This document shows positions 13,855 to 26,303 of a DNA stretch of 64,000 bases, piece after piece. The notes below the pieces were generated by a model that was given only the letters and a program-made list of their open reading frames with translations, ran no database searches and was not told where the DNA came from. The position numbers were made by a program, and so were the translations under genes. The DNA is taken from the NCBI GenBank assembly GCA_976551045.1, contig CDPCPM010000023.1, forward strand, positions 310,001 to 374,000, written 5' to 3'. How positions within the stretch are numbered: position 1 is the first letter of the stretch; each line of letters opens with the position of its first letter. Source of the stretch: Glaucostegus cemiculus. Its lineage: Eukaryota.

Positions 13855-16617
13855 ATGTTGGAAGTCTCAAGGCTCTTGGAAAGAAAGCTCTTTCCAGATG
13901 GCGCTTCACAGACCACCTCACAAACAAAAGGAGCCACAGAGTGTGCACTGTGCCTGAATTACTCTGAATCTACCATAATTAGCACCCGTGAAGACACTGT
14001 TGGCTTCTCTATCAGAAAACTCCAGGACTGGTTTGATAAGAATGACGAGGAGATCAAGGAGCTAATTAAATACAAATGCAAGGCATTCTTGTTTGGGAGC
14101 TCCATCACATCTCAAGAGAAAGAAACAGATCAACATGTATCTACAGGCTGAGGTCCAAATGAAAACCAGAGGAACAGATGGTAAGTGGAAAGAGCACCAG
14201 ACTTGCTGGTAATGAAATGCAGGTTCTTCAGCATTGTCAAGACCACCTATGGCCTAATCGTCTAAGGGCCTACCTTGCTAAGAGCTAAGAGGAGAGATGA
14301 ATTAATCAAGGTCATAGAGGCAATCAGCACACTCTGGATGGAATGTTCCAAAGAACTCTTAACTATGACTCTGTCCTTGACATGAGTACCCTTCACCCAA
14401 TTACACAGAGAACTATCTAGTTCAGCCTCATAATCACTTCTGATCAACAAGGGACGTTGAAAAGGCCACATGCAGACTGAAAAAATAGCAAGGGTCTTGT
14501 GGGCATATATTATTCTTCCTGTAGCTCAAAACTTGGCAGAGGAGAACTTCAGTCACAAATTCACAACCTCATCTCCTACATCTGGGATGGGAGAACATAC
14601 CGGATGACCTTAGAGATGTTGTAATTATGACTATCCACACAAAAGGAGGCAAAACTGGAATATTTACAGCGCTATCTGCCTGTCAATGTCATCCTCAACT
14701 TCCCCCTCCCATTGGCCAAGGAGCTGCTCTGGAATCCCTGTGTAGATCCCACCCATCTGGTGGCACAGTGAACATGGTATTCACCACACGTCAAGTCATC
14801 CAAGAGGAATGCAGGATGCACCATCGACCACTATATATGGCTATTTTTAACTGCATAACATTCTTTGACTTTTTCAATTAAGACTATGAAGCATTCATGT
14901 CAGATTTGACTGCCCACTATTTTTTTCTCTCCATCTTGCATCTGCTACATGATGGCATGCAAGCCATGACCTTAAACAGTGGGTCCACCCTAGAATAATC
15001 TCATTGCAAAGTGGTGTGACATCACCTAAAACTTTTGTCAAGCTTTCCTGCCACAATGGTGCACCTTTCCTCCAACAAGCTTCCCTGTGGAATGGAGCTA
15101 ATCTACAGGGCAAATGGAAAGTGATCAACTTGTGTCACCTGCACCCCAGAATCAAGATCACCTCAACTCCAGTTACTGAGCAGTGGTATGCAAATAGCAT
15201 TTATGTTGTTGCAAGTTCAAGGCCATTGTTGAAAAGACCATTGAAGTATCCAAGAGTGTGGCCTTACACTTAACAATTGTGAAACAAAGATCCACTATCA
15301 ACTTGCCACATTGCTAAATACCAGCCTCAGACAGTAAATGTTCACAGTGATGAACTGGAAAGTGTGGACCATCTCCCATTTCCCATATCTCTGGAGCCAC
15401 TTCTCAATCAAAACAGACATCCGTGCACCAGTGCAGCTTTTGGTGACCTGTGGCAAAGGGTGGTTGAAGATCAAAGTCACAAGCTTAAGCACAAAGCTCA
15501 TGGCCACCCGCCCAGTGGTGATCTGTGCTTTCCTGTATGGTTCTGAGACAGGAGCTACATATAGCAGGCACCTCACCACTGTAGAGATACCACCAATGCT
15601 GTCTTTGCAAAAATCCTCCAAATCCACTGACAGGATAAGCAAAACACCATCGGTTTCCTTTTCCAGGCCAATATCCCCACTGCCAAGGCCTTAATTACAC
15701 TGGAATTGGAATTGGTTTATTATTGTCACATGTACTGAGGTACAGTGAAAAACTTGTCTTGCATACCGTTCATACAGATCAATTTATTACACAGTGCATC
15801 AACATGGTACAAGGTAAAACAATAACAGAATGTAGAAAAAAGTGTAACAGCTATAGAGAAAGTGCAGTGCAGGTAGACAATAAGGTGCAAGGTCATAATG
15901 AGGTAGGTTATGAGGTCAAGAGTCCATCTTATCATACAAGGGAACTGCTTAATAGTCTTATAACAGCAGGATAGAAGCTGTCCTTCCGCTCGCAGGTTTT
16001 TGTATCTTCTGCTTGATGGGAGCGGGGAGAAGAGAGAATGTCTGGGGTTGGGGTTTTTGATTATGTTGGCTGCTTTACTGAGGCAGTGAGTATAGACATT
16101 GTGGGTGCTGTAGTTTCCATTGTGTGCTGAGCTGTGTCCACAACTCTCTGCAGTTTCTTGTGGTCACAGGCAGAGCAGTTGCCTTACCAAGCCGTGACTT
16201 ACTGAGCTCCAATGGGTAAGCCACATTGCACACATGCTCAATACTAGACTCCTGAAACAGCCACTCTATTCTGAGTCCCATCATGGTGGAGAGAGGAAAT
16301 GTTTAATGACATTCTCAAAGCCTCCTGGGAGAACATATAAAGTTCCTACCAACACATTGGAATCCTTGGCCTATAATGCCTCAAAATGAAGAAGGATCAT
16401 TCAAGATGGCATTGACAACTATTCATCAGGAACACATGGAAGGTCGGTGTGAACACTGGAAGGAGCGCACCACCTCCCAAACTGCACAACCTGTCCATCA
16501 ACACTTGGCACACCTGTGGCAGAGCCTGATGGCCCCACTTGCCCTCATCAGCCACCTCAGAACCCGCAGACCTCGAGTCATCCTTGATCCCGAGGGCCTG
16601 CCTAAAAGAGAAGAAAA
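13855..16617 (+). mobile_element. Degraded RTE-clade (BovB-like) LINE
   Basis: Fragments RKLQDWFDKNDEEIKELI, HFPYLWSH, LYGSET and LISHLRT. 3' end tccttgatcccgagggcctgcctaaaagagaagaa. Many frameshifts. Confidence 0.8.
15701..16198 (-). mobile_element. Rex1-like 3' fragment nested in the RTE element
   Basis: (ggaatt)2 tail then ggtttattattgtcacatgtactgaggtacagtgaaaaacttg; similar copies at 29264, 47598 and 61905. RTE sequence resumes on both sides. Confidence 0.75.
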
Positions 16618-19014
16618 TATACCTAGATGGGAAAGCAGTAACAATGTCACAAGTATATAAAGATAATTCTCGCAGCTACAAAGAATTTCTGAATACCTGA
16701 CAATTGAAAGACTTCTTAAATCTCACTTGATTTCATTTCCTTGCTTTCAACAAAAGGCATGTTTTTCATTCTACCTCCTCTAATCACAATTGTTTTTCCT
16801 CAGATGGATTAAAATTGTAATTCATATTCTGGCCTGAAGTACTTTGATCCAAATGGAAATTGCAACAATTTGTAAAATCCACATGGAGTTGATGTGGGCC
16901 TTAGAAATTCCTTTTTTATCTTTTAGGTCACACCTCTTAACTGTATTATTTCATATTCTGGACTGTTCTTTTTGCACTGATCGAGCTGGGAAATAGAGTG
17001 CTTTTCATTTCAGGCACACAAGTCAAGATGAGCACAGTTGGTGAAGAGTGCAGAGATTTCCATCAAAGTGCTTCATCCTCAGTCTCAGCACAACACCAAC
17101 AATGCCACGACTGTGATGGTTTTCAAATCTCCCACCAGGCCTCTCTGCATTAAATTAACTGTGTTAGGAGAAGCTCAGTATATAGTCATTAAGAAACTAG
17201 ATTGAGATTGCTAGGTTCATACAGAAATCGTTTAGAGATTACCCTACCAATCATTCATGACTTGTAACACCAACTCAAGATCATATAGTGGATTAAACAT
17301 TGACTTTTTAAGGAGTGTAGGAGTTAATTTATTTTCATCTGACCAAAGATCACATTAATAAAGCCACATCCTACATTTCAGTATGTTTAGCCACCTGTTC
17401 CAAATCTGTCAGTGACGCTTTCAGCTGTTTGACACCACAGCAGTTGCAGGAGGTTGTCAAATATCTCTCTCCACAGGCAAGAACAGTAGGGATCAGCAGT
17501 TCAATCCAATGTTCATTTTTCAGAAAAGCTGCTTAGCTTAGAAATAATTAGTTGGAAAATATTTTTATTAACAAGTATCTAAATTTGATACTCAAAGTAT
17601 GTTTTACAATTCACTTCTTGAACAAATCTGTAGACTTAAAGACGGGTCCTTACTCTAAACCCAAAATGTAGAATCCCAAAGTGCAAATTTATACCAGTGT
17701 GGAGTTAGCAGATTTATTCTCAGGTCATAAAAGTAGAATAATATTTTGAATTATGTTCCAAAAAGACTTTTACCAAGTGTCTTTTTGTACAGATGTATTA
17801 TTTTCTGTGCCATGAAATCTATCCAAATAGTTAAACTAAGAATGGTTGTCAGTGCTAGAGAATAGAAAGCTTGTAACACTTTCCATCCAGTGTCAGAAAA
17901 AAGCCCAGTGGGACTTCCATAATAAGAATTAATAAATGATGAAGGTCCCTTTGCCTTGTCAAAATGGTTTGAATGAAGATTCCATCAATCACACCCAGGA
18001 CAAGTTCCTATTGTAGGTTAGAACTTCATCTGCACCATCATGCAATGCAGTTTTATTTTCTGCCTGCTCATCAGCCTCATTCCAGTCACATACAGAATTC
18101 GGATGGTACAGAGTAAACTTTTAAACTATGCTCTTGGATTTTCAGGAGCTAAGTTTTATTTTGCTACCAGAAGATATAAATCCAAAGAAATCCAGCAGGG
18201 TGTTATAGTGTAAGACCAGGACTGGGCCCAGTTTTCAGGCATTCAGTCAGCATTACCAGAGGAGTCTGCCAAAATGACTCAAAAAAATAAATGGGATCAA
18301 TTTGTTTATGAGACTGAAATCACATTTTTATTCCGTACACTGAAATACTTTCAAAGACAGCTGCACATATTCTCAGCCAGAGAGAAACGCCCCTCTCAAT
18401 CAAGTCTGATGACCACACTGCTGTAAGTGACAAAGATACACGTAATTTGTTTATAATTATCCTTTGTTTATTACCCTGTTCTGGAAAATCACACTGCTTT
18501 CATTGAGAGAAGTTGCTGTAGGTTCTGTCACTTCCACTTGCTCCATTCTGAGCAAATTGACTGCTGGCTGTAAAAATGATTGCATGCTTTAATCCTGAGC
18601 ATAATGCCCCCGTCTCCAACTCGTTGTTTGACACTACTATCAATAGACTCGTACTCAAAACAATATATAGCCACAGCTAATGCACTAAAATTCAGGAAGT
18701 TTTCAATTGTTGCCCATTGTTCAATGTAATTATTGGTGCTTATTCAGTTATTTCCATAGTAGAGTAGTTTGTTATTGAGGAATAGAACAGGGTACTAGTG
18801 ACAGGAATCTAGGGTATCAATTGCAGAAGAGGGAATTGGAAGGAATCTGGTAAACCAGTGAAAGAAGAAGGGAGTATCAGGAAACTTAGAAAAATGTTTC
18901 ATAGTAAGGGAGAGATTGAGGAAAAAGATAAATTTATGAAATTTTGCATCTAAAGATAGCTTTATTGGAAAACTGATCAATTTATTGATTTGAAAACACA
19001 ATGTGTTTGTTTAT

Positions 19015-19385
19015 TTAGTGGATGTAGGTGTTGCTGGTGAGAATAGCATTTAATGCTTTTAATAAGCTGGTAATGTGCACTTTCTTGAATTCTGCCATTC
19101 TTGTGAAAGTACTCCCACAGTATTGTGAGTTAGGAAGTTCTAGACTTCACATCCAGTGACAATGAAACAATCTATTCCTCATTTAGTATGGTGTGTGAGT
19201 TGGAGGGGACAGGCAAAATGGGGGCCTACTTCCCTTCCCTCTCATTGATTTGACCATGGCTTTGGGAAGCACTGTCAGAGTAGCCTCAGCAATAACCACA
19301 CTATATTGACTGCAGCCATAGTTGGATGATGATTGTTAGAGGGAGTACTTAGAAAAGTGGATGGAGCAAATGCCCAGGGTGGTAG
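19015..19385 (-). mobile_element. Old LINE 3' fragment (family of 28600-29430)
   Basis: gatgtaggtgttgctgg..agcatttaatgc..cttgaattctgcc..actcccacagt is the reverse of that family's tail. Confidence 0.5.
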
Positions 19386-22300
19386 ATACAGCGCTTTTAA
19401 ATTGATGCATACATTATTGCTAATTGTCTATCTGGAAAAAAAGAAAAGCACCAATGTTACTAAGTTTAAATGAAATGAAATATATTCAGTGGCACAGTAG
19501 CAGGGAAGCCAAAACCAAAAAAATTTTAATGACTATTGTATTGTGACCAGATTTTTGAAACAACACAGACAGATTGTTCAAGCAAAGATCATTGTGATAA
19601 AGTAGCTAATGTGAAGAAGTAATTAAATTTGGGGCTCTGCTGCATTGGGTGATTGCTCAAGGACACATTAGCCATGGCATTGTTTAGAAAATGCATTCAG
19701 AAGTGACCCCTTCTTAAAATCTCACCTACTTAAACTGAAGCTTTAGGTTGTGATTTAGTGAAGGACAGCACAGAGTTCTTGCATAAGTAAACAACTACTG
19801 AGAACACCACAGAGTTTATTTAGTGAAGAAATATTGATGAGGTTATATAGCCAAAAAATCTAAGCATGAACATTTTAAACATCACCTTTGTAAATAAGCC
19901 ATCTTTTCAGAGGATCTACTAATCAAAAGTAGATTCAAGTAGAAAAAAAATAATGATGATTCTGATGAATCTGCATTGATGGCAGAAAGTATTTAGTGCC
20001 ATACAATTAACAAATTACTGAGCTGGAAGAAAAATGACATCAAAATGGGGAATTGCCAAAAATAGAAAATAAAACCTGTAGTTAAAATTGGAGCGGAACA
20101 GACTAACATCATTAACATGTTGCTTTGAAATATACACTTCTCTAGACCTAATAGAAGAGGAATTTAAACCAAAAGATAACTTTTAAATTGAAGATATGGA
20201 TAGAGCATGTAATTCATCATGACATATATTCTGCAAAATTCCTGCAGTCTGTGAATTAGTTCTGCTTCTATCTAATATGATTTTATATAAAATATCCCAG
20301 AAAGATATTATGATGGAGCTTTGTTTACATTGCTCTGGAACCTGGCCAGAATACTTTGGCCTGCTGAGGTATTCGTCATTTGACGTCTTGGGGGGAAAAA
20401 AAGGTAAATTTAATGCCAGCACACAGTATGAGGCAGTGCCTGCTGCTGATTTCCCCTGATACAATGGTTGCTTTGAAGTCCACCCTTGCCATTGTTGTAA
20501 GGCAGAATTTGTAAGCATTGGATTGTTCTCCCACTGATAGGAAATGTAAGCCAATGTTAGAATGCTAATATGCAGATCAACCTTACTTTCATGCATGATG
20601 CATTGTTGCAGGTGGTTACTCTGTTCAGTGTTAAAGAAATCACAGACTCAGACTCCCCACCATGCAAGAGAGCCAGACGTCAATACAGTATGCAATGGCA
20701 CTATGCTGTAGTTTGTGTAATATGGGGTGGCCTTAGTTCTACATTCTAATGTTCCATTAATTTTCAAACTTATGAGGTCTTTTGATCAGGTAAATTAGGA
20801 TATTTTTTCGACGATATGGAATCATTAAATTGAAGATGACCAAAAGAAAAGAGAGGACAGTGTTATATAGGCAATCGTTAGAAAATGGATTGGCATGCCA
20901 GAAGTATTGGGGAAAAAACTGAACCAGTAATGTATATTTTAAAAGAAGGACAAATATCGAAATATAAAATTTGAACATACAAGAAATGCCACATCTCTTA
21001 GCTTATTCAGTGTGGACATAAACATAAAAGACCATTTCACTGCTCCCTGCACAGTAAAGCTCTATGATTCACTGGAGGAAAACAAAGACAAATGGCTGCA
21101 GCATTTTTTCAACAACAATTCAGCCATGAACTCAGAATGTAGTCCAGCACCACATGTTTTAGAGACTATATTGCTCTCAAAGGTGAAGAAATACCGTATG
21201 TGATCAAAGTAATGGCTCCTCCTTAAAAGTGTACTTCCAGCGATTTGAAAGGCATATTTTTCCAAGGAATCTTGCCAGGCACGAATTTGCAAACTCAAAC
21301 GTATTCATACAGTAAATATTAACGGTCAATCTCATGCAATGCACAGAACAAGCTTTACTCTTAAGAAAGGCACTCTAGCCTGTTGAAAGGTTTAATTTTT
21401 CAATTTTGCATTCATTCTGGCATGTTTCACCTCATTTCACCTCATTGCCTCCTTACTATTTTTATAATATTTTTAAGATATTTCAGTTTTTGGGCAAGCG
21501 GATTTTTTGAAATCAATGCTATCTACACTTAATTACATTTGTATTTTCTGTGTGCTATTCGAAGACATCTTTGACAAAAGATTTGATTATCTTTCCTCCC
21601 AACATTAAGATAATGAGACCATTATTCCCTGAACTGAAACTCTGTTTTTAAAAGTGGGTATCTCATTAATTCTTCTCCAGTTCTCTAACAAAATTTCCTT
21701 TGATGATTTTTTTAGGTAGATTCTTCTCATATCACTGCAACATGTGCACCGTCATCTAACCATTTAGTGGATTGGTTTATCAACTATCTTTTCCCTTCCA
21801 AACTTAACATCATCTTAATCTTTCCCTTGAAAGTCATGCCCAAAATGTTAGATTCACTGGAAGTATTGAGGCAAAGTATCTGCAATTTTTTTTGTAATTT
21901 GATTCTCATTTGTTGTGCGAGTCCTTTGGCGGCCCTATTCCCTGATTTAATGCTGCGTCTGCACTCGTCCACAACTTAATCCCCTGGGCATTTGACACAA
22001 TCGGTCAATTTTTTCTGTTTGTAGAATACTTTTTTTCCTGTTCAATTTTAACATTTTTAAAACTTGTTCATAATTTCTCATAGTCTTCCACGTCATTTTT
22101 CCTCTACTAGCATTTGACCTATCAATGAGTTCTTAGCTTGTGTCACACATCTTAGTTCAACAGCTGAACACAAACATTTTGAGAGTGGAGATTGTCCCAG
22201 GGTTCAGCTTCTTGGCTATTTCAAAAGTTTTGGGAGACCTTATTTGTGGTGTATTTGCCCTGGGATCTGACTCATGAGTATAAAGTGACCAGAGAGGCTC

Positions 22301-22429
22301 TGACAATTCTAAGTGCTAAGTCTCAATTTGGTTCTTAATGAATTCAGATGTACAGATTAATGGTCATTAATCGTAACATTATATTGCACAAAAGTCATTC
22401 CATTGACTATGCCACCCATTTAGTGGAGG

Positions 22430-23035
22430 TCATTAATTAATCCCAATTCCCTACTCTTTAAAGACCCTTGTCTCTTTTAAAAAAAAATCTTTTTCATGTA
22501 TCGCTGCATTCTCTATTCTCTTTTGAAAGTAACTGTTTTGAAAAGTATTTCCAGCACCCTGTCAAGCAATGCACTCTTAATTATATTTTAAAGGAAAATC
22601 AAAAAACTGCAGAAAGTTAGAAATCTGAAATAAAAATAGAAGATGCTGCAAACACTCAGCAGGCCAGGCAGCACCTGTGGAAGGAGAAACAGCTAACAGT
22701 TCAAGTCTGGGATCCTTTGTCAACACTGGGAATGAGGAAGGGTATTTCTGGCATTTTCTATTTTTGTTATAGAAATTTTTTAAAAGTTTGCTCAATTTAC
22801 ATATAGTTCTTTTTTTTCAATGATTTTAAGTATGTGTCCACTAGCTATCAGCCCTTCTGTCATTGCAAACAGTTTTTTCCCTACTGTATCAAAACCATTA
22901 AAATCTTTGGAACGAGATTTTAAAAGCTTTGGAACAACTTCCAGTTTCTCCAACTGAAGTACTCATCCCCAGTAAACCTCCTTGCACATTTCCAAGGTCC
23001 TTAATAGCCTTTATCAAATGTGATGCTCCAAACAG
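22430..23035 (-). mobile_element. Old CR1 3' region interrupted by a Penelope-type remnant
   Basis: CR1-like segments at about 22430-22578 and 22800-23035 flank the 22600-22775 insert. Confidence 0.45.
22600..22735 (-). mobile_element. Penelope-type terminal repeat remnant
   Basis: gatgctgcaaacactcagcaggccaggcagcacctgtgg is shared with 63686-63725. A short inverted piece follows at about 22742-22775. Confidence 0.65.
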
Positions 23036-24314
23036 AAGAGGGCGGCACTAAATTTGCAATAATTTTCCAGAGGCCATCATGTTGTTTGGGATGAGACTGG
23101 AATTGTCCTGCTGCCCCAATAAGGAATGTCCTCCCAGTGAAAATGAAGTGTCAACTTTGGTGAGAATATCAAGCTAAGTTTACTAGAATTGGTCTTAAAA
23201 GGTTTGCCTGATGAGATGACAATTGGCATTAAATTTTGAGGAAATCTCATGTGGTCTATCTATATCACTAAACCACCTGCTCAAGCCAACCCAACCCACA
23301 TCCGTTTTCTATATATTCACTCCACAAAACTGATTCTTAGTATCTTGTATTATTCCTTATGTTCCTGTTTCTAAAATTGTACTATTATCAAACTTTGATA
23401 TTGTTCCTCTTGCATTTATTGCCAACCCATTTATAAAAAAAAAATTAGTAAAGGTTCTCTGAATCCACTCCTGTTCTCATCTTGCCACTTCAAAAAAATC
23501 TTATTATTATTGTTTTCTATGACCTAACCATCCCCATACATTTCTTACCAAGTTGTTCACATGATCTAATATCCCTTTTACATGAGATGTTCAAATGAAG
23601 ACCACTTGCTTCTCATTTTCTTGGCAAAGTGATCTTTTCAAAAAAATGTAATTAAATTGGTCAACAGATCCACATTAATTACTTTGATTAACCTAAATTG
23701 TGCTGTGTTCCTTAATTTAGATTTTATTGTGTTAGTTTTTGTTTCGATCACTCTCACATTTCATTCAGAAGGTTAGGGTCTAAACCCCATTTCATTAATC
23801 ATCCAGTCTGTTTCTAAAATACTTCATCTCTGTGATATGCATTTTAAAGTCCTAAAAGTTGGAAGATACTTTCTAAATTGAAGATGCTTATAGCCCTGGG
23901 TGAATTGGGCGAGGGGAAGGTGGTATTCTTCAATATGTGCCATGTGCAGATTCAGTAACCACTGTGCATTTCAAATGTGCTAGTGATATATCTTACCATG
24001 AGACGCAAAAGGAAGTTCAAAGTTTGCCCATAACTCAGTTAGAACTGGCTGTTCTATAACTTCCCTGCTTTTACCCCCTTCTTCTTTCTTTAAGAAACAA
24101 TTAGCAACCTTCATTCCTTTTTCTTAATTATCCTTCCATTAATATTTGGAAAATTGAATCGTACCTCTCCTGCCCCATCTGCCTTGTATTATTTGATCTA
24201 TTTCTTTTGTTGATTTCTCTATGTTTTGGTTTGTTATCATTTCTAATAGTTGACTTTATTTAATAATTATCTTTATTGAAGTTCTACCACAACTCCTTTG
24301 GATGATAAATATCA

Positions 24315-24635
24315 TTACAGAGAGATACAGCACCGAAACAGGCCCTTTTGCCTATCAAGTCAGCACGGACCATCATTGAGTCTCATTTTTTTGAGTCTCA
24401 TTTTCATTTTCATCTCTTAAAAAAAAATAGAGGCCAAAGAAGAATTTCAATCATACCCTCACTCTCAAATATAAAATGACTTCTTCCATTTGTAAGTGAT
24501 CCTACCTGTCATGGAGTCATACAGCACAGTAACAGGCCCCTTGGCCCACTGAGTCCATGCCAATCATTAACTGCCCATCTATACTATTCCCATTTACCAA
24601 CAGATAATCTGTAGCTTCTATGCTTTGTTCTTTAA
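24315..24635 (-). mobile_element. Two short CR1/SINE 3'-tail remnants (about 24315-24375 and 24508-24635)
   Basis: Both begin gag..atacagcac.g.aacaggccc.tt.gcc.a...agtc, a CR1-type tail. Confidence 0.6.
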
Positions 24636-25441
24636 CTACCTTTTGTTCACATACTTGTGAAGGTTCTCAGGCCAAGAATTTCTATAACATGATGCAGTTT
24701 TGTGTGCCATAAAAATTGCTTGAGAAGTGGATTCCAGGACTTGCCATAATTAAGTCCCCTGTTTTCCTTTTGATGTTGAATGGGAGCAGAGGAAGACTTC
24801 TTTATTAAATCAGCAGAAAGATCAACAGAAGCGGTGTTTATAAGCACAGTGGCAGAAGGGTCTCCAAATCTGCTCAACAAGCTGAATGTCATCGTGCTTT
24901 AGGTAAACTCATTTGGGTGTTGCCTCTTCCACACTTTATCTCTTCCTTAAGAAAGTAGAAACATCATGCAGTGGGATATAGGGGCTTGTGTACATAACGT
25001 ATTCAAAGTACTGCAGACCTATCATGACCTCAATCAGGTATTGCTTTTACTTAATTACTAGGAACTTTGTGAAAGAATCCTTGGAGAAGCCATTTTCAGT
25101 TGTCTCTGACTAACAATTCAGCTGCTTTGCTCCCTGCAGTATATCTTTTGCTCAGCAAAATGTTCTTCCCCTGAGGTCCTTAAACTAACAAACTTGTTTT
25201 CTCTTTAAGACAAATCTCACAGAAAAAATTGATTTTAACTTTCCCAAAGATTTGGGCATGAACACTAAAACTGTTGATTCCTGTCGAGCTCAGTTGTTAA
25301 ATGCTATTTCCTCTGCCAGGGAGTTTGCTCACCAACTGACCAAGTATTCACCCACAGTGATAAAATCCAGCTTTAACAAACATATTTTTCATATTTCAGC
25401 TTCTGTTGTGTTTTCCTTCTTTTCTCTCTTTGCTATTCTAG

Positions 25442-25573
25442 TGATCTTGACAAAGACTTTTGGAATAACAATGACAGCACAGTACAAAAGAAATGGAGTT
25501 CCTACCCTCCAAAGGAGTTCATTCTAAACATTTCGCCTTATGCACCTTATGGTGACCCACGTCTTTCACTCAA
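25442..25573 (+). CDS. SYT7: SYT7 linker cassette exon A (132 nt, 44 codons, phase 2-2; beta-type insert)
   Basis: Pyrimidine tract + ctag|TGATCTT...CTCAA|gtgagt. Translates (N)DLDKDFWNNNDSTVQKKWSSYPPKEFILNISPYAPYGDPRLSL, near-identical to the recalled mammalian 44-aa insert. Confidence 0.95.
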
Positions 25574-25637
25574 GTGAGTTTCTTTCAATGGTTTGGTTGT
25601 CTATAAGTATGTAAAGCTTCCTTCCTCTGTCTTTTAC

Positions 25638-25667
25638 CCATCCACCCAATCACCCACTCACGCCCAC
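25638..25667 (+). promoter_or_regulatory. YCAY cluster (candidate NOVA-type splicing element) downstream of cassette A
   Basis: Six YCAY tetramers in 30 nt: ccat, ccac, tcac, ccac, tcac, ccac. Confidence 0.5.
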
Positions 25668-26068
25668 TCCCAAACCCTTTGCAACCCCATGGATAACTTG
25701 ACCCCATGGAGACGAACAACCCTCCTGATCATGTGCCTTGCTTGAAGTTCACATCTGAAAATCCTTCCTCATCTGATCCATCTTCCAAGTGTGGGATAGC
25801 AGAGGGTTGCTCGTTGAGGCCTGTACAAATATTCTCTCCGTTACACTGTGTGGTAGAACTAACATTTTTAAAAATGCTGCTTATAAAAATGGCTGTCTTG
25901 ACGGTGTTGATAGAATTTCTCTGGCTGCTTAATCCCCTTTTGCTGTTTTTTTTGAGCTTTGGAAGAAAGGGCTGTGCACTGATGTGCTTTAGCGGCAGAT
26001 CTGCTTTACTCCAATCTTCAATCAGGGCTGACTCATTCTCTGTCCACTCTGCTTCCTGTCCGTACTAG

Positions 26069-26272
26069 TGGCTCTCTCATGTCCGGTAACAAAGCTCCAG
26101 TAGCTGAAAAAGAAACGCGCACGGCCGAGAAGCAAACCCGCAGCAACAGCATGAAGAGCAGTGGATCTTCCAACAGTAATCGGGGTGAAGCTGCCAATGG
26201 GAAGGTTGGGAAAGGTGGGCGCTGGCACACAGTCCAGACTCTCCTAGCATCGGGCAAGCTCAACCAAGCTAA
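26069..26272 (+). CDS. SYT7: SYT7 linker cassette exon B (204 nt, 68 codons, phase 2-2)
   Basis: ctag|TGGCTCT...GCTAA|gtgagt. Translates (N)GSLMSGNKAP...GKVGKGGRWHTVQTLLASGKLNQA; both ends match recalled mammalian NGTLLSGAK...GRWRTVQSHLAAGKLNLS. Overlaps ORF 26079..26276. Confidence 0.9.
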
Positions 26273-26303
26273 GTGAGTTTAACTGAGTAGTTAAATACTT
26301 ACT
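26272..26303 (+). promoter_or_regulatory. Predicted RNA hairpin covering the cassette B 5' splice site
   Basis: AGTGAGT (26272-26278) pairs with ACTTACT (26297-26303); TTAACT (26279-26284) pairs with AGTTAA (26289-26294); loop GAGT. Confidence 0.5.

Noticed and set aside
24376-24412. Short duplication ttgagtctcatttt x2
   Set aside because: Ordinary slippage-type micro-duplication next to a repeat remnant.
25706-26068. 120-aa ORF in the A-B intron
   Set aside because: Its stop is the acceptor TAG of exon B, it has no SYT7 similarity, and its composition is intronic.
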